The position numbers and the translations under genes were made by a program. A stretch of 61,342 nucleotides of DNA, the filler included, from Archaeoglobus sp. JdFR-37 (GTDB lineage Archaea; Halobacteriota; Archaeoglobi; Archaeoglobales; Archaeoglobaceae): the NCBI GenBank assembly GCA_002010215.1. It is 5 parts of 5 records of this genome, joined end to end, with 100 filler letters (N's around TTAATTAATTAA, not from the genome) between each part and the next. Parts side by side here need not be neighbours in the genome. Positions count along the whole stretch, not along the records: positions 40,109 to 52,393 come from MTMY01000023.1; positions 52,494 to 61,342 come from MTMY01000013.1; 3 more parts are not named here. One strand, 5' to 3'. Every line of letters begins with the position of its first letter. The stretch's first letter is position 1. This document shows positions 47,270 to 56,690 of the stretch, piece by piece. Under the pieces are notes generated by a model, which was not told the origin of the DNA, made no database searches, and saw nothing but the letters and a program-made list of their open reading frames with translations.

Positions 47270-48309
47270 GCAACATTCCCCCTAGGGGATTTTTTTGCTG
47301 CCATTTCGGCAGCAACCTCAATTATCCAGTCCTCTTGGCCACCAACCGCCTTTCTCCTGCCTAATTCGATTATTATGTCTCTCGGATCCAGCTTGAATTT
47401 CTCGGCAGCCCTATAAGTGTGTAGAAGGAAGCTGGAGTAAACTCCTGCATAACCGAGTAAGAGGGACGTATTGTCGATTTTGGGCAGTTGCGGAACTATT
47501 GAGTCCAGAAGCTCAGCAGCGTCCATTATTCTGTACAAATCCACCCCCGTTTCGTAGCCAGCCTTATCTAAAACAGCAACCAGCACTTCTTCCTGCGCAT
47601 TTCCAGCTCCAGCACCCAGACCCCTCAAAGTACCATCTAATGACACAGCACCAACATCTGCTGCTCTGAGTGAATTCCCGATTGCCAATCCGAGATTATT
47701 GTGGGCGTGAAATCCAATAGGTATAGACAGTTCATTTTTCAGTACGACTATTCTTTCTTCAACGTCTCTGGGAATCATTGCACCGGCAGAATCCATCAAA
47801 TAGACCATATCTGCCCCATAACTTTCCATAAGCTTAGCCTGCTCAACGATTTTATCTGGGCCAACAGTGTGAGTCATCATTAGCACGCCTATAGTTTCAA
47901 GGCCCATCTCTTTACAGTAGACTATGTGCTCCTCAGAAATGTCAGCCTCTGTTACATGAGTGGCAATTCTGGCGACCTTTGTACCGGCATTCACAGCGAT
48001 CTTCAGGTCTTCAACTGTGCCTATACCAGGTAAAAGAAGCACTGCTAATTTGGATTTCGAGAGAACTGATGCAACACCCTCCAAGTATTCTTTATCGGAT
48101 GCTGCAGCAAATCCGTAATTGATTGACGAACCACCCAGACCATCGCCATGTGATACCTCTATTGTCTCGACTTTAGCATCTTCTAACGCCCCCGCTATTT
48201 TCACCATCTGTTCAACGGTAAATTTGTGTTTAACAGCATGCATACCGTCCCTGAGCGTTGTATCAATTATCCTAATTCTCTTTTTTCCGAGTTTTCCTCC
48301 ACCACACAT
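47266..48309 (-). CDS. mhpE: 4-hydroxy-2-oxovalerate aldolase
   Basis: DTTLRDGMHA, HGDGLGGSS, HAHNNLGL, GYAGVYSSFL, VGGQED; start ATG 48309 or GTG 48318. Confidence 0.95.
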   Translation of the reverse strand: MCGGGKLGKKRIRIIDTTLRDGMHAVKHKFTVEQMVKIAGALEDAKVETIEVSHGDGLGGSSINYGFAAASDKEYLEGVASVLSKSKLAVLLLPGIGTVEDLKIAVNAGTKVARIATHVTEADISEEHIVYCKEMGLETIGVLMMTHTVGPDKIVEQAKLMESYGADMVYLMDSAGAMIPRDVEERIVVLKNELSIPIGFHAHNNLGLAIGNSLRAADVGAVSLDGTLRGLGAGAGNAQEEVLVAVLDKAGYETGVDLYRIMDAAELLDSIVPQLPKIDNTSLLLGYAGVYSSFLLHTYRAAEKFKLDPRDIIIELGRRKAVGGQEDWIIEVAAEMAAKKSPRGNVA

Positions 48310-48314
48310 TTGAA

Positions 48315-49235
48315 TCACCCTGATTTAGGTAAAACTTCACGTTCTGGCTTTTCCTTCAGAATTTTTTCAGCGAATTTTTCACCTGTTGCCGCTGCGGCAG
48401 CAGTCATGATGTCTAAGTTTCCTGCGTAGGTAGGCAGATAGTCTCCTTCTCCAATAACCCGTATAATGACCGTTACTCGATTTTCATCCTCAAAAACTAC
48501 AGGAGGAATCTTAAGAGCATATCCGGGAACATATTGCTGTATTGTTTTGACCATATCATGTATTGATTGCAGTATCTCTTCTTTTTTGCTGATATCTTCC
48601 ACTATACAATGTATGGTATTTTGCATGATTATTGGCGGTTCAGCAGGATTGAGAATTATGATGGCTTTTCCTCTTTTAGCCCCCCCAACTTTCTCCAATG
48701 CCTTTGCAGTGGTTTGGGTGAACTCGTCGATGTTTTTTCTGGTCCCAGGACCGGCGCTCTTACTGGCGATGCTTGATACAATTTCCGCATATTCAACTCT
48801 GGATACCTTGTTAACTGCATAAACTATCGGTACCGTGGCCTGCCCCCCGCAGGTAACCATGTTCACATTGTCCTTGTCTAAATGTTCCTCAATATTTACG
48901 GCGGGAATAACGTAAGGTCCAACTGCTGCGGGTGTGAGGTCTATTGCAATTAGCCCTAATTTTTTGTAGACTGGGGCATTCTGCAAATGAGCCTTGGCTG
49001 TTGTGGCCTCAAAAACGATATCCACTTCATCTGCAATTTCCTCTAAGCCCTCTACGCCGTTCCAAGCTATGTCGATACCCTTTTGTTGAGCTATTCGAAG
49101 ACCCTCCGATTGAGATGGTGGAAATATTCCAATTACTCTTCGAATATACATGTATTTGCTCCTTTTTAGAATCTTGAACATCAGGTCTGTGCCAATATTT
49201 CCCGGGCCCACTATAGCTACACCAATTTTTCCCAC
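48315..49235 (-). CDS. mhpF: Acetaldehyde dehydrogenase (acylating)
   Basis: [47 protein letters not shown]. Confidence 0.95.
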   Translation of the reverse strand: MGKIGVAIVGPGNIGTDLMFKILKRSKYMYIRRVIGIFPPSQSEGLRIAQQKGIDIAWNGVEGLEEIADEVDIVFEATTAKAHLQNAPVYKKLGLIAIDLTPAAVGPYVIPAVNIEEHLDKDNVNMVTCGGQATVPIVYAVNKVSRVEYAEIVSSIASKSAGPGTRKNIDEFTQTTAKALEKVGGAKRGKAIIILNPAEPPIIMQNTIHCIVEDISKKEEILQSIHDMVKTIQQYVPGYALKIPPVVFEDENRVTVIIRVIGEGDYLPTYAGNLDIMTAAAAATGEKFAEKILKEKPEREVLPKSG

Positions 49236-49246
49236 AATACCACCTT

Positions 49247-49265
49247 CTTTACTATTGGGAAACCA
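49247..49265. promoter_or_regulatory. Putative operator (copy 1) upstream of mhpF
   Basis: Reverse complement TGGTTTCCCAATAGTAAAG is 16/19 identical to 51258-51276. Confidence 0.4.
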
Positions 49266-49369
49266 GGTTTCTTATTCATAATATCCTTGTTTGATGTATT
49301 TAAGGATTTCGACTAAGTTAATATCTATATTTAAATCAAAATATTTTTTAAAAAATTAGAAATATAGTA

Positions 49370-50902
49370 TTACTTTTCTCTCTCTTCAAATATGGTTATG
49401 GGTATCTCAGTTGTTCGTTTCCACTCTATTGCCTTTAGTTCATCAACAGCGGTCTTAGTGAACGCGCTGACTACAATGAATGCTGCGATATTGGCGGCAA
49501 GTCCCCATATCCCGGGATACAGGCCAATTGACTTGCTAAGTGTAGGAGACAGGAATAGCACCAATGTGATAATTAGACCGGCAAAACTTCCTCCAATGGC
49601 TCCTTCTTTAGTAAGCTTCACCGGTCCAATTCTGGAAACGCCGTACATTGCCGTTGCTATCTGAGGCAGTATCGATGCTGTTGCCAAGGATGCCGCTGCA
49701 GCGCCACTCGTCAATAGAAGGCTGTATCCAAACACAGCAGTTAGATATGCGATGAAACCGACTACAGCAATGGCTATTCTGGTTATCAACACCTCTGTTC
49801 TGTCAGATACATTTGCTTCAGCAGTGTGAATAATGTCTCGTGTAACAACCATTCCAACTGCATGATTTTGTGCTGCTGCACTGGACATCATCGCTGCTAG
49901 GCCTGCTGCAGCAATCAGCCCGAAAAGGACGGTAGGGAAGTACATTCTGTAAGTCATGAGAAGGTACTGATCTGGAGATACGTTGGGCAGAATCAGCACA
50001 CCTGCAAGTACGACTATCCAACCGCCTGTTTGAAGCAAGTATTCTATAAATCCGGCTACAAATGGATAGTATTTAACTACATGCCCCCTCTCGAAGTAAT
50101 ACAGCCTGGCCCACATGTGTGGATGAAGTATCCATCCGAGTCCAACCGGTATTGCCCAGGCTAAAAGGTAGTCCCATTTCCAGACTCCGGTTCTGTCTGG
50201 AATTGTAAAGAACTCCGGACCTATTTTTTCCAGTATGTGGTTATACGCAGCACCGATTCCACCCTGAATTAAGAAGACCAATGTGAACCCACCGAAAAGC
50301 ATTGCACCGAGCATTATAATTCCCTGAATAGTGTCAGTCCAGACTACTGATCTCATTCCTCCGGCCCAAGTGTATGCAAGCATGATGATGTAAAGGATCA
50401 ATCCACCAAGCCAGAATGGTACTAACCCTCCTGTAGCAATATCCAAAAGAATACCCACTCCTGCATACTGAACCTGAAGATACGGGACTAAAGCCAGAAT
50501 CAATGCAATGCCGACAAGATACCTGTAATATTTGCTTGAAAAGTATTCTCCAAGGACATCAGCTGGAGTGATGTGACCGAATCTCTTCCCCAGTTTCCAA
50601 GCCTTGTCAGCTATGAAATAGTACATGCTGCATGTTAAGAAGAGGTACATCCCCAAAATGGCGACATATCCTGCAACACCGAATTTGTAGTAAAAGGCTA
50701 TGAATCCCATGAAAGATAAGGCGCTGAATTGTGCTGCCGCTGCAGACCAGAATCCAGTGAACCAGTGTATTTTTCTTTTTGCAAGCACAAAATCTTCAAA
50801 GGATACGGGTGGATACCTTCTCCATGCCAATAGCCCAACTCCAAGTGTTATCAATAAGTAAATCGCTATGACCGCAATTGAAACAGTGGGGTCGAACGCC
50901 AT
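49370..50902 (-). CDS. Sodium:solute symporter (SSS family)
   Basis: EDFVLAKR, FSALSFMG, GGMRSVVWTD, AAMMSS; many TM segments. Confidence 0.92.
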   Translation of the reverse strand: MAFDPTVSIAVIAIYLLITLGVGLLAWRRYPPVSFEDFVLAKRKIHWFTGFWSAAAAQFSALSFMGFIAFYYKFGVAGYVAILGMYLFLTCSMYYFIADKAWKLGKRFGHITPADVLGEYFSSKYYRYLVGIALILALVPYLQVQYAGVGILLDIATGGLVPFWLGGLILYIIMLAYTWAGGMRSVVWTDTIQGIIMLGAMLFGGFTLVFLIQGGIGAAYNHILEKIGPEFFTIPDRTGVWKWDYLLAWAIPVGLGWILHPHMWARLYYFERGHVVKYYPFVAGFIEYLLQTGGWIVVLAGVLILPNVSPDQYLLMTYRMYFPTVLFGLIAAAGLAAMMSSAAAQNHAVGMVVTRDIIHTAEANVSDRTEVLITRIAIAVVGFIAYLTAVFGYSLLLTSGAAAASLATASILPQIATAMYGVSRIGPVKLTKEGAIGGSFAGLIITLVLFLSPTLSKSIGLYPGIWGLAANIAAFIVVSAFTKTAVDELKAIEWKRTTEIPITIFEEREK

Positions 50903-50903
50903 T

Positions 50904-51197
50904 TTATCTCACCCCACCCTTCATTTTCTCTGCTATCTCTCTGTCCAATTTTACTTCGTAGTATCCCAAGAAAAGGAAGTATGCTAGAGTGATCAATGGT
51001 ACCAATATTATACTGTAAAAGGCGTAAAATGGCCACCCGAATATCATTGGCTCTATTTTTGTCGAAACAAACGAAGCTAGGGGCAGGTACAGTAAGATCA
51101 GTGCAATCACACCAGCACTCATTAGGCGTCTTTTTCTTTTGTACTCTTCTATAATGTCTCTATATTTTTCAAAATCCAATTCCACCAAGTCCACCAT
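50904..51197 (-). CDS. Small 2-TM SSS accessory protein
   Basis: Two TMs with IFGWPF, directly upstream of the SSS gene; start MVDLVELD. Confidence 0.7.
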   Translation of the reverse strand: MVDLVELDFEKYRDIIEEYKRKRRLMSAGVIALILLYLPLASFVSTKIEPMIFGWPFYAFYSIILVPLITLAYFLFLGYYEVKLDREIAEKMKGGVR

Positions 51198-51257
51198 AGA
51201 GACACCTCGATTCTTAATGTTAAAACACACATATTTAAAATTTACCATAAGTAATTG

Positions 51258-51276
51258 TGGTTTCCTAATAGTGAAC
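51258..51276. promoter_or_regulatory. Putative operator (copy 2) upstream of the transporter genes
   Basis: TGGTTTCCTAATAGTGAAC, quasi-palindromic, near a TATA-like element at about 51232-51240. Confidence 0.4.
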
Positions 51277-51361
51277 AATAAGAAGACGTCTAAATGTTAA
51301 AAGACAGATGACTAAAATTATAAATTATATTCAATTAAAAAGCTAGTTATAAATCCCAACT

Positions 51362-52174
51362 TTAGCAATATGGACCTACTGTTTTAGGTATTCTCTCTAA
51401 CCTTTCATCACGGGGTTTGTATCCAAGCGCTTTGGAGATCTTCATAGCGTATTCTCTCACCAAGTCTGTATATTCTTGGATTTTTTCATCAGTAAATCTG
51501 GTGGATGGCCCAGAAATGCTGATTGATGCAATAACTTTTCCAGTATGGTCTCTGATAGGTGCACCCACACATTTGAGACCAATCTCCACCTCTTCATTAT
51601 CTAATGCATAACCCCTTTCACGTATCCTTCTCAGTTCTTCCTTCAATTTCTTGGGATCAGTAATTGTGTTTTCCGTGAATCTGGTTAGCGGCTTACTTAT
51701 TATCTCATTGACTTTTTCCTCCGGCAAATGGGCGAGGAGCGCTTTACCAACTGCCCCTGTATGCAGAGGCAGTCTCTTTCCGATCTGAGAATACATCCGA
51801 ATAGCCCTTGGACTGTCAATCTTCTCGATGTATACTCCCTCTCCATCCCTTTCGACCATCAAGTGGACCGTCTCATTACAAATTCTGGCAAGCTCTTCTA
51901 AATACGGTCTGGCAACCTTTCTCAACTCCAGATTCTCCAAGATCACTCCACTCAATTCCAGAATTTTAATTCCAAGTCTGTACTTCTTTGTGGTTGGGTC
52001 TCTCTCAACCAGTCTGAGGTGTTCAAGAGTATTCAGATATTTATAGGCAGAACTTTTTCCGATTTTTAGCCTTTCCGTGATTTCTGTAAGACTCATTTCG
52101 TGTTTCTCGGTGAAAAGGAATAAAATTTCCATGGCTTTTTTTACACTGCCAATTTGGGTCTCGTTTTTTCCCAT
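51362..52174 (-). CDS. IclR-family transcriptional regulator
   Basis: SVKKAMEIL HTH, ETVHL, GKRLPLHTGAVGKALLA, RGYALDNEE, SISGP. Confidence 0.95.
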   Translation of the reverse strand: MGKNETQIGSVKKAMEILFLFTEKHEMSLTEITERLKIGKSSAYKYLNTLEHLRLVERDPTTKKYRLGIKILELSGVILENLELRKVARPYLEELARICNETVHLMVERDGEGVYIEKIDSPRAIRMYSQIGKRLPLHTGAVGKALLAHLPEEKVNEIISKPLTRFTENTITDPKKLKEELRRIRERGYALDNEEVEIGLKCVGAPIRDHTGKVIASISISGPSTRFTDEKIQEYTDLVREYAMKISKALGYKPRDERLERIPKTVGPYC

Positions 52175-52393
52175 ACTTAGAACTTAATTTCTTGAATTTA
52201 AAAATTTGATGTTGTTAATTTAGATTATGGGTAACAAATCTGGTTGAAATCTGATCTAACAAAATAAATTAGGGAGTAATCGGGGAACGTAAGAAGAACA
52301 CCCATAAGAGGAAGATTTTTCTCTACATCCGCATCATAAAAGGGACGGACTTCGCAGATATTGCAAGGTACGTCCGCATTTCACATACAAATC

Positions 52394-52493
52394 NNNNNNN
52401 NNNNNNNNNNNNNNNNNNNNNNNNNNNNNNNNNNNNNTTAATTAATTAANNNNNNNNNNNNNNNNNNNNNNNNNNNNNNNNNNNNNNNNNNNN
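52394..52493. other. Artificial contig spacer
   Basis: N run with TTAATTAATTAA. Confidence 0.98.
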
Positions 52494-52924
52494 TCCTCCC
52501 AGCCAACCGCATATACCCCGTCATCCCTCTCCTCAATCTTTATTACAGGAAGGGGCTTCGGAGGAGGCCCGGCAACAACCTCTCCAGTCTCGGGATCATA
52601 CAACCCGATATGGCACGGACATATCAGGAGGTCGTCCTCAGTGAGTTCCGCAGATACTATGCATCCCAGATGAGTGCATATGGCCCCATACGCATGGTAG
52701 CCCGAAGGAGTCCGGACAATCAACGCCGCTTTACCCATGAAATTGAAATGTTTAGCCTCCCATACATTGAGCTTTTCTCCTTTTTCGAGGACCTTGACTT
52801 CACCTGAAGCAACACCTCCTGAACCGCTTGGCCATAGGTACCTGACAAGTATGCCTGCAAGATCAATAGCAAGTACAGCACCGAAAATTCCACCAATAAC
52901 TCTTAAGAAAGCCCTCCTTTTCAT
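52494..52924 (-). CDS. Rieske [2Fe-2S] protein with Tat/TM anchor (3' end cut by the gap)
   Basis: MKRRAFLR, CTHLGC, CPCH, GPPPKPL. Confidence 0.9.
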
Positions 52925-52925
52925 C

Positions 52926-53213
52926 TCACTCCTCCTCCAGAACGGTCACAAATTCGTCATCGAGCAGCCCTTTAACGTAGGTGTAAACAGCGGCCGCTCC
53001 GGTGAAGAAAATTCCTGAAAGAGTCATACCCACCTTTATACTCATCTCATACGGTTCGAGGGGCTGGGTGAGCAGATAAAGAAGGTAAAGGCTAAGGATA
53101 ATTGCTACAGCCACTTCAACTATGAGAGCAAGACTTCCAATTCTTATGGCCTTGTCACTTCTCTCCACCCTCTCAATTTTTTCGATAATCATGCTCTCAC
53201 ACCCCCATTTCAA
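52926..53213 (-). CDS. 2-TM membrane protein
   Basis: Two hydrophobic helices, tightly packed between neighbouring genes. Confidence 0.65.
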   Translation of the reverse strand: MKWGCESMIIEKIERVERSDKAIRIGSLALIVEVAVAIILSLYLLYLLTQPLEPYEMSIKVGMTLSGIFFTGAAAVYTYVKGLLDDEFVTVLEEE

Positions 53214-53782
53214 AGCCTCCAGTATCTCACAATCAGGAGCATGGCCAGGATTATGACAACAACAGCCCCTCCCACATTCCAGGTAGGCATATGAATTCCG
53301 AGTTCTTTGTACTCTTTCTCCGCTCCAGGTGCTCCAGGTGTTGCTACGGATTGTGTAGGCTGACCACTTAACGAATCTATATATGCTGCAAGTTCATTCA
53401 ACTCCTTTTCACTCAAACTCAATGGGCTGCCGGGGGGCATTCTTCCACTTTTGACAGCATCTTTGGCCGCGGCCCCATTTCCTCCTACATTAAAATTCTC
53501 TCCTTTTTTCCCGTGGCAACCCTCACAGTATTGCACGTAGAGCTCCTCTCCTCTGCTTTTCACTTCTCTCGGTTTCTCCACATAACCCTCAAAGGAGTGG
53601 TTGTGCTGGAGGTAGTACTTACCCCGCTCGTTCAGTCTGGTATAGTCTCCTGACACATGACAGAAAGGACAGTTTCTACTCTCTTTAGCTCCGTACTCGG
53701 GAGTTCCAGAGGAGGTGGGAAGGAAAATCAGAAGGAGGGCGAGCAAGAAAGCCAGTATTCCAATTTTTCCAATTTTTCTCAT
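53210..53782 (-). CDS. Diheme cytochrome c with C-terminal TM anchor
   Basis: Signal peptide, CPFCH, CEGCH...RMPP, C-terminal TM. Confidence 0.85.
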   Translation of the reverse strand: MRKIGKIGILAFLLALLLIFLPTSSGTPEYGAKESRNCPFCHVSGDYTRLNERGKYYLQHNHSFEGYVEKPREVKSRGEELYVQYCEGCHGKKGENFNVGGNGAAAKDAVKSGRMPPGSPLSLSEKELNELAAYIDSLSGQPTQSVATPGAPGAEKEYKELGIHMPTWNVGGAVVVIILAMLLIVRYWRL

Positions 53783-54636
53783 TTTACAGCCCTCCTGATG
53801 AGTAGTGCTGCAAGCAGAGCAATGGACAGGATAATCGCCTCAAACCCAGGAGTGGGTTTGGTCTCTTTTTCAATCCCAATCAGACTTTTGACGGCATCAA
53901 TTTCTGCTTCGAGCCTCTCTAGGTTGAATTCATGCCATGTAACTGGGAAAGCATTAAGTATTTGTTCTGCCTTTTTTACGTTCTCTCCATCCTTTCCTTC
54001 AGCCTTCATTTTATTCACTACAGCCTTGAGCTCGAGACTTTGTTTAAGCAACTCCTGAGCTTTGTTGGGAACTTCTGGATTTGCTCCAATGTTCTCGTTG
54101 TGACAGTTCTGACAGATTCTTGCTATCTCTGTTGCCTCAGGGATATCGAAAGTGTGGGGGCGATGGCAGGTGGAACATGTTGGAGCAAGCTCAACCCGTT
54201 CAAGCTTTCTGTAATGTTCTGAAAGGGAAAATTCAGAGAGCTGTTTTTCATGGCACTTACCACATGTGGATGGTAGGTTAAGGTAATAGATGGGACTATC
54301 TGGGTCAGATGATCTCAGAACTCCAACGTGTGCCCCATCTTTGTCTTTAGCTTCTGGGTTGCCGCCATGACACTTGTCACATGTAACACCACTGACGGCA
54401 TGCTTGGATGACTTCCACTGAGCGTAGTTGCTCATAGCAAGGCGGGACAGCAAGTCTTCGTGACACTCTAGTGAACATGAAACTCCTCTTTCAAGATGTT
54501 CTTTTCTTATCTCGTTAAATCTCATTTCTTCAGGTGTAAAAGCAGAAACGGACTTATGACATTCAACACAGCTGTTCTCAGCAGAAACAACGGCAATGAG
54601 GGTTAGGAGGATCATCGAAATAATTGCCAGCCTCAT
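53779..54636 (-). CDS. Multiheme cytochrome c (5 CxxCH + 1 CxxxCH), PGF-CTERM
   Basis: CVECH, CSLECH, CDKCH, CGKCH, CSTCH, CQNCH; TPGF-TM-RR tail. Confidence 0.9.
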   Translation of the reverse strand: MRLAIISMILLTLIAVVSAENSCVECHKSVSAFTPEEMRFNEIRKEHLERGVSCSLECHEDLLSRLAMSNYAQWKSSKHAVSGVTCDKCHGGNPEAKDKDGAHVGVLRSSDPDSPIYYLNLPSTCGKCHEKQLSEFSLSEHYRKLERVELAPTCSTCHRPHTFDIPEATEIARICQNCHNENIGANPEVPNKAQELLKQSLELKAVVNKMKAEGKDGENVKKAEQILNAFPVTWHEFNLERLEAEIDAVKSLIGIEKETKPTPGFEAIILSIALLAALLIRRAVK

Positions 54637-54755
54637 TCCATCACCTGATGGAATTGTTAATGATTATCTTAAATAATTTTTGGATAGAAAAAGGATGCAG
54701 GCAATAATTTTATAAGTTAAACTCTAAAAAATTTAATAATTAATGGATATTAAAA

Positions 54756-55694
54756 CTACCTCAACTTTCTGCTTAGAAGAATCGCTGCCAGTGCTACTAG
54801 GAAGGTAAAGCCAGTAAAGCCAGGAATTGCCTTCTCTTCTTTAGCTTCCACTTTTGGAGATAATATCTGCTGTAACTGGCTTTTAGCAGAGATATATTTG
54901 GCTTCTGCCCCATCTATGGATGTCTTCAGACCTGATATGTCGAAAGAATGCCATTTCTCTGGAATCTGTTCAAGCTCTTTTTCTGCCAGCTTTATAGTTG
55001 AAATCACGTCGGAGACTTCATATCCTTGTTTTTTAGCCTCCTTAGCTCTATTCTCTAGCAGTTCTAGGCTTTCTTTCAGTAATACTGTCTTCTCAAGAAC
55101 TCTTTCGGATTCATATGGGATATTCAGTGGTGCGACTCCTCCGTCTTCTGCGTGACACGCTCCACAGAATCTGACGAACTCTTCAGGTTTCCTGACATCG
55201 TATTTATGTGGTGGATGACAGGTTGTACAGCTTGGAGCTTGGTGAAGGGTCTCAAGTAGGGCGTAATGTTTACTCTCCTTAAACGCTTCTAATTCTTTTC
55301 GATGACACTGTCCACAGAGTTCAGGCACTTTTGTGTAATATAAGGGACTGGATGGGTCAGTTGGTGGTATTATTCCTTTATGGGCATCCTCCTTGTAATA
55401 TGCACCGGGATCACCACCATGACATTTGTCACAGGTTATTTTGTTCAAACCGTGCTTGGACTCACTCCACTGGATATAGGCAGAAGTGGCAATCCCCTTG
55501 AACTCATCAGCGTGACATTCAAGGCTGCATGAGATTCCTTGAGAGATGTGTCTCATCCGTATTTCATTGAACTTCATCTCCTCCGCTGTATAGTTGACGA
55601 TGTATCTGTGACATTTTACACATTCATTGGCTGATGTAAGGCCCATACTTACTAGAATTAACATTGCAGCCACTAACATCAGAATCTTTCTCAT
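54756..55694 (-). CDS. Multiheme cytochrome c (5 CxxCH + 1 CxxxCH), PGF-CTERM, paralog
   Basis: CVKCH, CSLECH, CDKCH, CGQCH, CTTCH, CGACH; IPGF-TM-RKLR tail. Confidence 0.9.
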   Translation of the reverse strand: MRKILMLVAAMLILVSMGLTSANECVKCHRYIVNYTAEEMKFNEIRMRHISQGISCSLECHADEFKGIATSAYIQWSESKHGLNKITCDKCHGGDPGAYYKEDAHKGIIPPTDPSSPLYYTKVPELCGQCHRKELEAFKESKHYALLETLHQAPSCTTCHPPHKYDVRKPEEFVRFCGACHAEDGGVAPLNIPYESERVLEKTVLLKESLELLENRAKEAKKQGYEVSDVISTIKLAEKELEQIPEKWHSFDISGLKTSIDGAEAKYISAKSQLQQILSPKVEAKEEKAIPGFTGFTFLVALAAILLSRKLR

Positions 55695-55768
55695 TTCACA
55701 CCCTCCAAAAGTCGCTGCCCACTGCTCATTATTTAAAGGTTAGGATTTTGAAAAATTTACATTTCGAA

Positions 55769-56647
55769 TCATCTATGACAGACGTTGCATTCAAGCTCGG
55801 GATTATGGTTGGCTTTATCGGCATGGCACCTCATACAGTCTTGTCTTATGCTCCCCGTAGTGTGTGGTATATGGCAATCTGTACATTTCAATCCGTTATG
55901 GTTCTGATGAATAATGGTTCCAGGCTTCTCGTGGCAGACATTACATGTTAGAGGGTCACTGTCAACGTGTGGTTGATGACAGTTGCTGCAGTCTGAATTT
56001 GCATGGGCATCCATGGGTAAGCGGAGTATTGTGGTTTTACCTGCGTGACATTTCATGCAATCTAGATTGGTTGGACGTATATTCACAACTCCTCCACCAG
56101 CAAAGGTGACATCGACAAGGAAATCGTGGCACTGTGTGCAGTGGAATTGCATCTGCGGAACCTTTACTATCTTATCTGAATGACACTCCAAACACTCTTC
56201 ATCTGATGGAACGAACTTGTGAATTCTCCCACCGTGGCAATCAAGGCATCTGATATTGTCTTTACTCAGGTGCAGCTCATGTCCGGCAGTTGCCGCAATA
56301 TAGGGCCATTTGGGTGACTTTGTAAAGTGACAATGCTCACACCGCTCATTAGGTACATTCACGTGTTCTGCAATCTCTTCTGGTACTTCCTCTGGACGTG
56401 AGGTAAAATAGGTCACTAGAAGTCTCATATTGGATGAAACATCGTTTCTGTGACATTCATGGCAGTTAATGCCTTTGTGCGGACTCTCGTTCCATTTTAT
56501 CCAAGCTTCTTCCATAAGGTGGCAGGTTTTGCAGAAGCGAGGGTCATCTTCAACATAATGGAAGGAGCTTACCGCTGAGTAGCCAAGTAATGCTCCTGAT
56601 AGAGCCACAAGTGCCAATAGCACAAAGGCATTTATCCGCATAATCAT
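55769..56647 (-). CDS. Dodecaheme cytochrome c with NapC/NrfH-like N-terminus
   Basis: 12 CxxCH counted; N-terminal TM, PRFCKTCHLM...W..SPH. Confidence 0.9.
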   Translation of the reverse strand: MIMRINAFVLLALVALSGALLGYSAVSSFHYVEDDPRFCKTCHLMEEAWIKWNESPHKGINCHECHRNDVSSNMRLLVTYFTSRPEEVPEEIAEHVNVPNERCEHCHFTKSPKWPYIAATAGHELHLSKDNIRCLDCHGGRIHKFVPSDEECLECHSDKIVKVPQMQFHCTQCHDFLVDVTFAGGGVVNIRPTNLDCMKCHAGKTTILRLPMDAHANSDCSNCHQPHVDSDPLTCNVCHEKPGTIIHQNHNGLKCTDCHIPHTTGSIRQDCMRCHADKANHNPELECNVCHR

Positions 56648-56690
56648 CGCAAATTCTGCTGAAAATAAATAACTTTCTAAATACTCGGCA

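Noticed and set aside
52343..52375. Imperfect hairpin GGACG...CGTCC near the contig end (possible IS end)
   Set aside because: No transposase or second end visible; insufficient support.
13770..52493. Four identical TTAATTAATTAA motifs within N runs at roughly regular 12-13 kb spacing
   Set aside because: Artificial contig-joining spacers; the complete contigs decrease in size. No gene linkage across them can be inferred.
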